Assembly (NCBI RefSeq): GCF_000143415.4
Contig: NW_003314291.1
Coordinates: 945,702 to 1,009,701 of the forward strand
DNA: 64,000 nt
Origin: Selaginella moellendorffii
Taxonomy: Eukaryota; Plantae; Lycopodiophyta
Reading direction: 5' to 3'
Below are positions 37,855 through 47,744 of the stretch, one piece after another. The notes below the pieces were generated by a model. It was not told where the DNA came from. It searched no databases and worked only from the letters and a program-made list of their open reading frames with translations. Every line of letters begins with the position of its first letter. Within the stretch, counting starts at the first letter, position 1. The translations under genes and the position numbers were made by a program.

Positions 37855-38263
37855 GATCGTGGAGACGATCGGCCATTCCTGCCGGTGCACCGAGATTGGC
37901 TCGCCAAAAATCCCAGAGGTTTTGATCTTCCTTGGTGGATGGGACAAGCCTCGGCGGCCAAGTCGATTCGTCCTGTTCTTCCCGAGAAATGGGAAAGGTC
38001 TATAAGGAGCTATGAGAATCGATTGGTAGGCATCTGTGTGTGCTGGGCGTCCTGGCCGGGAAGCTCTGCTCCCATGGCTTCTCCAGCACCGTCACCGCGC
38101 TCCTGCCTCTTGCGCTTCTCCTAGATCCGGCGCTCGCGCAGCAGCCACGCCTTCTCGCGGCTGCTTGTGCATCTGGAGCCTCTTCCACTGCCACTCGGTG
38201 ACGCCGCCGGGGAATGTGCGCTTGCCGCCGCCCATTCGCGCTCCGCTCAAGCTCATCGCCATG
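37855..38263 (-). pseudogene. Rearranged pseudogene of the RH33/RH48 N-domain gene
   Basis: 38045-38263 is colinear with ~27190-27454 with deletions. 37855-38032 is an inverted copy of ~26838-27040. Confidence 0.85.
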
Positions 38264-38332
38264 GCGGGAAAACCTCAAGAACCCTAAACTCTCGCCATAA
38301 ACCCTAAAATTTGCTCTTGAATTTTGGGGTCG

Positions 38333-40321
38333 ATGGAAGAGGGGCGCATCCGCGAGCTGGAGAACGATGTTGCCGCATTGACTGCGAGGATCAAGGCAAG
38401 TTCTTTCATCCTCTCTTCAGTGAGTGAAAATCTTGGCGCAGGCACTGGAAATGGAGAATGCAAATTTAACTGCTCGATTCTCACAGCAGGTTCGTTCTTC
38501 TTCTGTCCCATTCGATTTACTCTCTGTTCTTTCAGCATGGTGAGAACCAGTCGCTAAAATCGAAGCGGACTCACAAGAATCACAAGAAAGAAAATCAAGG
38601 TACTCTACGATCCGTTTAAAAGGATTCCTAGTAACTCTTTCTCTCTTGCTAGGAAACTTTAAGCGACGATTTGTGGCTTTGAAAATCATGTACATTGGCA
38701 GCTGGTACGTTCCTATCTTTCGTTTGGAAGAAAGCTGATTTTTTTTTTTCTTTTTTCTTTGTTACTATCTAGTTACCATGGATTTGCGTCGCAAGGCTGT
38801 GCTTTTAAAACTGTCGAGGTATGCAGTGTTTTCTTAGAACATGAGAGCAACTCTGGCATTTTCCAGTCCGAGATCTTTGCCGCTCTACAGAGAACAAATC
38901 TTGTAGTCGGTTCTATAGCCGATGCAAATTACTCGAGGTGTGGTCGAACTGATAGAGGTGTTTCGGCGACTGCTCAGGTTCTCTTTGCGGTGTAACTCTT
39001 CCTTTTTCGAGCTTGGCTGCTTGCAGGTTATTGCATTGTATTTGCGCTCGAAAAAGAAAGCGTTGGATGACACCGAAGAGTCTGGTTATGGCTCAAAAGA
39101 TAGAGTCACTGTCGCAAGATCCAGCCGCGAAGAGGAGGAGATGTTTGCCGCCGAAACAGGTACCGTCACTCGAGATTTCGTGATCTAATCGTGTGAATCA
39201 CGCCAGATGACGATGAAATAGACTACGTAAGCTCACTTAATCGGGCTCTTCCAGCAGATATACGAGTTCTTGGATGGTGTCCTGTTCCTCCTGGATTTCA
39301 TGCAAGGTATCACTCTCAAATTTAAGCATTCACTTTGCGAGTGCTCTGCTGCGCAGGTTCAGCTGTTTGTATCGGGAGTACAAGTACTTCTTCATCGACG
39401 ATGGCTTAAACATAGACGTAAGAAATTGAAAATTTGGCTGCAGAAGTTTCATTTTTCTTTTCATTTTGTTTAGGCCATGAAGCAAGCATCTCAGCGACTG
39501 CTTGGTGAGCACGATTTTCGCAACTTCTGTAAAATGGATGCTGACAACATTCACAACTACACCCGACAGATTCTGGCTTTCGACATTCTTCCAATTGAAG
39601 AGTGGTAGAGTATTTGAATCTTTGGATTGTTGGTTTCTTCATCACTGTCTCGCCTTTCAGCTGGGAAGGAAGAAGTCTGTGGGTTATGCACGTCCGAGGA
39701 AACGCATTCTTATGGCATCAAGTTCGTTGCATGGCTGCTGTGCTTTTCATGATTGGCCGTGGCCATGAAACACTGACAGTAAGCTGCAACTCGATTTTTT
39801 CCATGGAGATAAATAAGTTTGTTGATTTTGTAGATCATTGATGACCTTTTAGATGTGGACAAGACAATGAGAAAACCACAGTATGTGATGGCGCCCGAGC
39901 TTCCGCTTGTTCTTCAGAGTTGTGCTTTTCAAGGCCTTCGATTCTACTGCCGGCCTGGTAAGTGTCAAAGTTAGATCCAGGCTCACATTTTGGTTTACAT
40001 ATGTTTGTAGAATCAAAAGCACAGATACATAGGCATTTGTTGAAACATCTCGACCAAACGCTGTTAACAGCTGCACTAATTTCTGAAGGCATGCTGGAGC
40101 TTGATTGTCCTGGTGAGCATGCTTCTCTTCATGCTTTGATTAAATCCATCATGTTGCAGACTCAATTGTTTCTTTTAGCAAAACAAATTATGTGCCTCTC
40201 CTCTCTCGGCCCACTGAACGTAAGCAAACTTCTACCAGAGTTTCACAGCTGACGATTGTGTGTTTTAGCTACTTATGAAGAACGGCGAAAGAAATTGATC
40301 AACACCACCAACACTTCTTAA
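38333..40321 (+). CDS. PUS3: tRNA pseudouridine 38/39 synthase (TruA family, PUS3/DEG1-like), multi-exon
   Basis: RFVALKIMYIG, YHGFASQ, YSRCGRTDRGVSATAQV, LNRALPADIRVLGW, RFSCLYREYKYFF, GEHDFRNFCKMD, GNAFLWHQVRCM, KPQYVMAPELPLVL. Stop TAA at 40319-40321. Confidence 0.9.
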
Positions 40322-40354
40322 ACCACTGTCCCAATTTTGGTAAACTTGCACTGC

Positions 40355-43300
40355 TTATCTTCCTCTGCTGAAAGTATCCATAGGTCGTGTGATAGAGTTC
40401 CCTTCCTCTTCAAGTTGGATGGCCTCTTTCAGCTCGTTTACCACAGCGCTCATGTTTGGCCTCCTATCGGATCGATGCTCCACGCAGTTCATTGCAAGTT
40501 CCAAAACTTTCCATACTGCTTGCTCTTTATAGCTTGATAGCTTGGGATCTATTAGAGTTTTCAGGTTGCCTCTCTCGAGTTCCCTGCATGCCTGGAGGAA
40601 GTAAAGCTGCTGTCAAGCAAGCGAAAGACTTGGAAAGAGTGTTCTTACCCATTTTGAAAGAACAACTTGTTCCTCTGGAAGTGTCAGATTGATAGGTTCA
40701 CGGCTGCAAACAATTTCAAACAGTACCACTCCAAAGCTGTACACATCTGATTTCTCTGTGAGTCTACTGTAGGAATGGTACCTGAGAAACCATTGAAGAA
40801 AAATTTGTGACAATGGTTCAAACCAGAAGATAATGAAATTGAAGTTTCTGCTTACTCTGGATCGAGATATCCTGGAGTTCCTTTGACAATTGTTGAGACG
40901 TGAGATGCATTGTTTTTGTCGTAAAGCTTAGAGAGCCCGAAATCGCTAACTTTGGCAACCATAGCAGAGCTTAAAAGTATGTTGGTTGTCTTTATGTCTC
41001 GATGGATTATATGAAGATTACAAGACGTGTGCAAATACTCCAATCCTATGAAAATCATTGTTTAGAGCCATCATACAAACTCGTCTTGTTTACCTTGAGC
41101 AGCGTCTAAAGCAATTTGCAATCGAGATTTCCAACTTAAAGTTGGACAGCTTGTGCCTTACATACAAGCACATTAAAGAGAGACAAATGGAAACCAAAGA
41201 AGATCACTTACCATACAAGTGCTCTCTCAAAGTTCCATTCGACAAAAACTCATAGAGCAGTATAAGCTTCGATCCATGGTCACAGTAGCCAAGAAAAGAG
41301 ACCAAGTTCCTATGATGTACGACTGATAGAATATCAATCTGCCAAGAAAATGCAATGGTTTTGAATCAGTTTGGTATCCATGCTTCACGATCAAACTCAC
41401 CTCTGTATTAAACTCTTGATATCCTTGCTTTGAGGAGCTTGACAAAACCTTAACAGCAACTTCAACACCATTGGAAAGGCGGCCATAGTACACTGGTCCA
41501 AAGCTTCCTTCGCCTAGAACTTGCTTGAAGTTGTTTGTGGCCTCGATCACATCTTTGTAACTAAAGTTTTTGGTGCTGGAGTTTGGAGACTTTGGAGCCA
41601 GGCCTGGAGATTAGAAATGAGCTGTAAACACAAGCCAGCAGTTTGCAACTTACTTGGACTCTCAGTATCTTTGGTATCTGACTCCTGTGGTCTGATGGTT
41701 CCTGGGCTCTTGTCCGTCTTTCTACGGGACATGAAACACACAACAAGTCCAGCTGCGAGTAGTAACATGGCTACGCATGGAACCGCGATTCCAATTAAAA
41801 GTGTTGTATTTTTCGTCTTCTTTGCGTCGAGTTTCTCGCATAACTTAACACTAGTGCTGCAGAAGGAAGGAAACAAAAGATAAAATTCAAGAGAGAATCT
41901 CGATAAACGAACTTGAAAGAGAGCTGCAGTTCTGGTGGTACACAATCCAAGCTGTTGTTTTGTAAGGACCTGTGAAATAGTGAGTGTAAGAAACACTCTA
42001 ATTTTCGAGCATACGCTGTACTCACAAAACCGTGAGGTTCTTCAAGGAGCTAAAGTTTGGAACTGGCCCTGTCAATGCGTTGTTATCCAGATATCTGAAG
42101 GACAAGATGAGAAGAAACCAAGTGCTAAAGAGCCTTTCATACATTTTTGTTAGATGTAACAGCTTCGTGATGGACTGTGATATATTACCACTCAAACGTT
42201 GGTTGGATAAGTTCCTGCAATGCAAAGCTCTTCAGTTTCGTATGATAGATATGAATCCTCTTACAGCTCTGTGATTCTTGCTGGGATTTGAGCTACGTCG
42301 CAAGTGATCCACTGCCAAGTGTAGGGAAGAGGCAAACAAGGATCTCCCGACCATCCAGTGATGTTAAAGTCATTCATCACATCACGAATCGCTACCACTG
42401 TCCAGAGAAGAAAACTGTCACAAACAAGATAATGTATATGATGCTACATACCATCATTGGGTTCTGTCCCTGGAAGGAGACCACCTTTATACTCGAAGAG
42501 CTCCGCAGCATTGAGGACCGCACCCAGCGTAGAGTTTGGCGTGGGGACCAGAAAGAAACGCGTTGGATTAGAAAGCTCCACGGGAGCTTTGAGATACACT
42601 TGCACTGAAGTAAGCGGAGCCTGGGTGTGCTTTTCGATGTTGACGGTCACCGCGATCTGGGGAGTTTCAAGAGAGCTGGTGTTGAAAAGGAGCGTGAACT
42701 CTCTCGTGTCGTTCCCCAGAGCGAAGAACTCCGCAAAGTAAAAGTTCACGTAGTACTTCGTTGCCTCGAGCGTGGCTGGAAACTCGAAGACCATCACGGA
42801 GTTGGAGACGATCGCGGAGCTCATCACCGCGGTGGGAGGCTTGTTAAAAGTTTTCCCTACGGAAACAGTCGAGTTAGTGTTGATCCGCTGGTAGCTTCCC
42901 ATGTTTTTGAAGCTCTTGTCAGCTCTCCATATTCGATCGTATTCATCCAAAGGATACCTGTTCGAAGAATTGAACGCTCGAAGAGAAAAAAGTTTGGGAG
43001 TTTCTTACCTGATATCTTCGTTTGAAGTTGCTCCAAGATTGATCCTTCTCCACATGAGTAAGACCTCACTATAATCCAAGACACTTCCACTCATCCCAGG
43101 AGCCAGCCTTCTAAGCTCGATTGTGGAGATGAATGGGATATTTGCCGGTGAATTCGAGCTGGTTCCAAGGCATAGATCTAGTGTCGAGTTTGTGGCTTTC
43201 ACCACAAACTCGTAGTACCACGACGACTGGCTTCCCAGGCTCGCATTCATCACAGTATTCGCACCAATCGCGATGTCAAACTCGACTCGAGTTGATTCCA

Positions 43301-43702
43301 GCCCATCGTAGTTTCCGTAGTAGAACCGCGGCCTCACGATGTAGCTCTCGTCCACCACAACTGGCAAAGCGTAGCAGTGCTTCCGGGAGGTGTCATTAAA
43401 GTAGCGAAGACGCTGCACTATTAGATCCGCATCTTTCTTCAACAAGCTTGAAATGGAAGCTGTCTCTCCGGTGGTGATGTACTTGTCGTCGGGTATCCAT
43501 TCGATACCATTTACATCAGTGTGGCTGTCGAAAGCTCCACAGTCGAGGCTCAAAAATCCTGCACAAGATCGATAGAGTTCTTCCAAAAACCATCTTTCAA
43601 ATCGATGAAATGCTACTCACCTGGTTGCGCTGAAACGTAAGTCTGTGCTGCGAGGATAAAGCCAAGCGTGAAAGGGAGAAGGAGATGATCAGCCGACCAC
43701 AT
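40355..43702 (-). CDS. Malectin-like-domain LRR-RLK (LRR-I), copy 3, apparently intact
   Basis: Signal exon [14 protein letters not shown]; FLSLDCG; malectin-like exons; WSGDPCLP; LRRs; TM; complete RD kinase; ends [15 protein letters not shown]-stop. Confidence 0.87.
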
Positions 43703-44424
43703 TTTCCGCTCGAGCGAGCCGGCACTGGGGCCTATTCTCTCAAAAAGTTGTGCTCATGCTCTCGAGAGAAGCAAACGAGAGAGCGATCCAGCCTGTGCAT
43801 AGACGACCAAGCAAAAGAAAGACATAAGAACCAGCAGGATGTTTCACGATCTAAATCAGACAGGCAAGAGAGGAGACTTTGGATATGTCAATGGCAATCC
43901 ATTTGCATCAAAGCACCTTCGAGAATGCCGTAACAAACGCCGTGTTCGTGGCCTGAACGTGGAAGCGTATTAAAATCTATCAAATCAGTGTACGAATCTC
44001 ACCATTTATCTTATGATTTGTGTTATAACGACTTGCAAGCAGAAACTCCTTGTTCTATCTACATGCGCTATGTCAAGCATGAACTTACATCCTTCAATCT
44101 CAAGGTACAAAGAGTGAGAAAATGGAATTTATTTTGAAACTCTTCGGTCTAAACTGGACAAAGAAAGCGAGACAAAGTGATTGAAGAGCTGAAACAGGAG
44201 TACAAACAAGAGTAAGCTGACGTTCATGACATGTTAATTTTGTTGGAGGACTTTGCTTTTCATCAAGGAATCTAACATCTCAAGTCTTGAAACACTCGAG
44301 GTTCAACTTGCACGCAACAATGAATGATTGAAACAAGAGCACAAAGAAAAAGAGGCTACACTTCCAAATTGATGCTGGCCTCGAGCAATTTGAAGGCCAC
44401 ATACATCAAAACTAGAAAAACACT

Positions 44425-45880
44425 CGAAGAAATTGTTCGCCTTGTTCTCCAGCTGCTGGATCTCAGCCTCATCTGGCTCAGTATAACATACGGCCACGAC
44501 TTCTCTGGATACGTGAGCCACTCGCGCCAAACGAGAGCCTCTCTTCACGTCCTTCGCGTTCTTGGGAGCCGGAACACCTCCCGGCCAGCGCCCAGCTTGG
44601 CAACCAGTACCGTGTAAGTTATCTCGTAGGGCACCACGAGGAAGAGCTCGAGCGTCTCACTGATAGCCGTGGGCATCGAGTTCCAGCACGAGAGGTACTT
44701 CCAGCACTCGTCGAAGATCCACCTTGCCACACTTGCCGTAGAGATTGATCTCATGAGAAGCGCGCTCACGATCACTCGGTCCGCTTGGAGGACCCGCTCG
44801 TGGACGGCGGCCGTTGCCATATCCGCGCAAGCGTCGAGGACTCTCGCAAAGGTGATGTGATTCGGCACAACGCCTTCGTGGTCCACGGCCTCCTCGGGGG
44901 AGTGGGAGTAAGCCGAGAGCATCGACGTTCACATCCTTGAACTCCACACGGTCAAAAACTTCTCCCGCGAAATCGAGCCCGCCATACCTCCGGTACGTTG
45001 ATGAGCCCGGTCATCACCACCACGGAGGCAGACTTACGGCTTGCTACTCCCGAAGCAAAGCTGTACGATGATCAAAACAGGCCTCCTACAGCTGCGGAGC
45101 TTCCCAAGTCCTACGCTCAGTCGCACGGCTAGGAAGAGGGCCGTTCTGTTTGGTTTACCGTACCGAGTCGAGCAACTCTTCGCACGAGGTAGATCCAGAC
45201 GTGCGAAGGAAAGATGTAGCGTCGAGAGGTCTTCCAGACGAGACACGGTCTGCTCGTCAGATGCTCAAGGACTACATACTGCCATCCTCCGCCGGACTCC
45301 GACAGCACAAGCGACGATGCAACCAACGACGATCAGTCTATCGATGATGGTGGTGTTCACAGTGACGATGGCAACGATCTCTCAGGAGAAGAGGACGAAG
45401 AAGAAGAACAATAAACTACTGCAAATACTAACCGAGAGTGACGATCGCTACCAAAAAAGCCTTGACTACTACCAAACGGATGCTGCTCGAGGCCCGACGC
45501 TCACATCCTCAACTCCGTGCTGTGCTGCGTGGAAGGCCCGGAAGATCCACGACCAGGTGTTCTCGTCGGCCTTCTACGTGGACGTGGGACTTGATTCGCG
45601 ATAACCTGAATCGGAGTGTCATCTTATCAAGCAACCATGTCCGTCGTTGATAATCAAAGTCTGGAAATGCTTCGTCTTTCCAGGCCCTGCGACTCGCTTC
45701 TCCATATCCATAGACGTGTCAAAGCTCGAGTCGGCTTTTTCCTCCTGTGCAAAATCAATGGATGGCTGGGATTTGTATCGGAGAAAATGCGCTCCGCCTA
45801 CTCGAGCACCACTTGCAATTGTGTCATCGCGATGATGATGGCCTTCCCAAGCACCTGGCTCCCCTTCTTGCCGCAAGTAG
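44425..45880 (-). pseudogene. Scrambled, condensed inverted remnant of the LSG1-PPR block (49717-55270)
   Basis: 44425-45023 is inverted PPR 54041-55270. 45020-45430 is direct LSG1 51257-51640. 45431-45587 is direct PPR 53868-54044. 45584-45880 is inverted LSG1 51260-49717. All pieces carry many small deletions. Confidence 0.88.
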
Positions 45881-45949
45881 TAGAGTATAGCCAGGGATCT
45901 CTATTATCACATTTTCACTAAAAGAAAGATCACATTGACCGGTGGTAGA

Positions 45950-46738
45950 TCACGAGTGCCTCTCCGATCCCGTATTCTTCTTCTTGCGCGACGAGCTCTT
46001 GTCACCGGATGGATGGAACAATCCTGCCAAGCCGCCGAGTACATTGGATCCAAGTTCAGTCACAGTGCCGGTTACGCTCAATCCAAGCCCGATAGCTCGG
46101 CCGGCTACGCTTGATCCAAACTCGAGAACTCCATCGGTTACACTTGATCCAAGCTCGAGAACTCCCCCAGTCACGGCTGTGGTTTCAATCTCGAGAGCCT
46201 TCCCAGTGTTCTCCACTACACAAGTGGCGATTACGCTCGATGTGCCGGTGATCGCCATCGCCGTGCCCGCGACACCACCCACAGCTTGCGAGGTTTTATC
46301 ACTCACTGCCACAGCAACGTTCTTGACACCGCCAGCGGCATTTGTGACGATGCTGGCGACGTGGGATCCAACGTTTCCAGTGAAGATCTCGGCGAAGTTG
46401 CCGGTCACGGTATGGATCATGGCTTCGGCTCCAAACGTTGCGACTTCCAAGAGCCAAGCTAGTGGTGACGAGCTTGCAAGCACGAAGACCAGGATCCCAC
46501 CGATAAAAAGAACCGCCAGGACGCCGAGATTGACGAGAAGTGGAAGGAAGAGCAGGAAGATTGGTGTACCGATGAGCAGCACAAAGATAGTTACCAGTGC
46601 GGCAGTGCCGGCCAGCATTCCTCCAGCACAGACAAAGACGAGTCGATGCAAGGTTGGCTTTTCCTGCTTGATTCGATCCATGACGCCTTGCAAGCATTTC
46701 CAGGTCTTGGCTAGCGCTCCACAAGCTTGCTCGGCCAT
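45950..46738 (-). CDS. Oleosin-like protein with degenerate proline knot and long Gly/Thr/Val-rich 11-mer repeat C-tail (262 aa)
   Basis: ~65-residue uncharged core LVFVCAGGMLAGTAALVTIFVLLIGTPIFLLFLPLLVNLGVLAVLFIGGILVFVLASSSPLAWLL resembles oleosin ...ATPLFxxFSPxLVP...SSLSW. The tail has VTGGVLELGSS-type repeats. Confidence 0.75.
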   Translation of the reverse strand: MAEQACGALAKTWKCLQGVMDRIKQEKPTLHRLVFVCAGGMLAGTAALVTIFVLLIGTPIFLLFLPLLVNLGVLAVLFIGGILVFVLASSSPLAWLLEVATFGAEAMIHTVTGNFAEIFTGNVGSHVASIVTNAAGGVKNVAVAVSDKTSQAVGGVAGTAMAITGTSSVIATCVVENTGKALEIETTAVTGGVLELGSSVTDGVLEFGSSVAGRAIGLGLSVTGTVTELGSNVLGGLAGLFHPSGDKSSSRKKKNTGSERHS

Positions 46739-47229
46739 GAATCACGCAGCAGGGTAATTGTGAGACCAGATCAAAGCTCCGGAAAAGCTTTGCCACTGGT
46801 GATCTCATCTCGGGCATAAGCGACACGCACAGTTTTTGCAGTTGGGAAGCCGATTGAAAACGTGAAATCGGAACCAAGACAGGAGTTGTTGTTACGCATT
46901 TACTCCGTAACGGGTTGCATGGCTTTCGTTTGTGGCTGATGCAAGAGATCTTCCAGATGCAAAAGCCAGCGACTGCGAGCAAAGAGACATCAAGCAAAAG
47001 ATGTCTTTGAGGTGGCTTGTTCCATGTCTTCGTTTCTAAGGTGACTCAGGTAACTTGGTTTAGTCCATGACCTCTTGTTGGCTTGAACTTACATTTAGTT
47101 TGATCAAATGTCCAGGACAAGTTTTGGGCGTGGACAAGCTGGCTGATAATGGCGTTCAGGTATTCAGGTCAAGGATTCACTTGGACGATCATTTTTTAAG
47201 TTTGTTCAGTTACAAAGACTTACTGTACA

Positions 47230-47520
47230 AGTGGTGACCTTTGTTTGTCACTTCGAAGAGCCGATTCGGTCAGATAGTTTCACGAGATTTTTATTGCGTC
47301 CAGAAAGTGATTTATTTGGCGAGAAACCTTCAAAGGTACTCATTGACTTCTTTGCCGCGTGTCTGGTTGCAGTTTCGGTTTTATCTGAAGACCTGAAGTC
47401 TTTCAGGACTTATACAGATTTATGTTTCAGCTCAACCAGGTTAGTTGACATAAATCTCCGGTCAAAGGTCTCAAGCAGGATTTTGGAGCCTTTGGTATCC
47501 AATGGACGATAAGTACATTA
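47230..47520 (+). pseudogene. Inverted remnant of the 5' end/promoter of LRR-RLK copy 2
   Basis: ACAGATTTATGTTTCAGCTCAACCAGGTTAGTTGACA (~47414-47450) matches the reverse complement of ~36290-36330. Flanks match 36170-36590 with deletions. Confidence 0.75.
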
Positions 47521-47744
47521 TGACAACCTCCATAAGGTTTTTCAATCAGGTATAAGTCTCTTTTTTGACGTTACCAGTGCATGGAACTTGGATAGGAACA
47601 AGCTTAATTTCGCCGAGACATGGGACTCCAAGAAATGGAAATATATATCTAAGAGCTTACAACAATCTTTCAAGAAGTCTAGTTTTTTTCCAAGTTTCAG
47701 AAAGCTTGCTTTCCCAAGGCTTGTAAAAGTCGAGTGTGTCCTCT

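Noticed and set aside
33104-43702. Calling the malectin-like RLKs SYMRK
   Set aside because: GDPC plus a malectin-like domain is shared across LRR-I; orthology needs a phylogeny.
45942-46757. 271-aa plus-strand ORF with TLDPSS repeats
   Set aside because: Exact antisense of the oleosin-like gene; its repeats mirror the 33-bp units.
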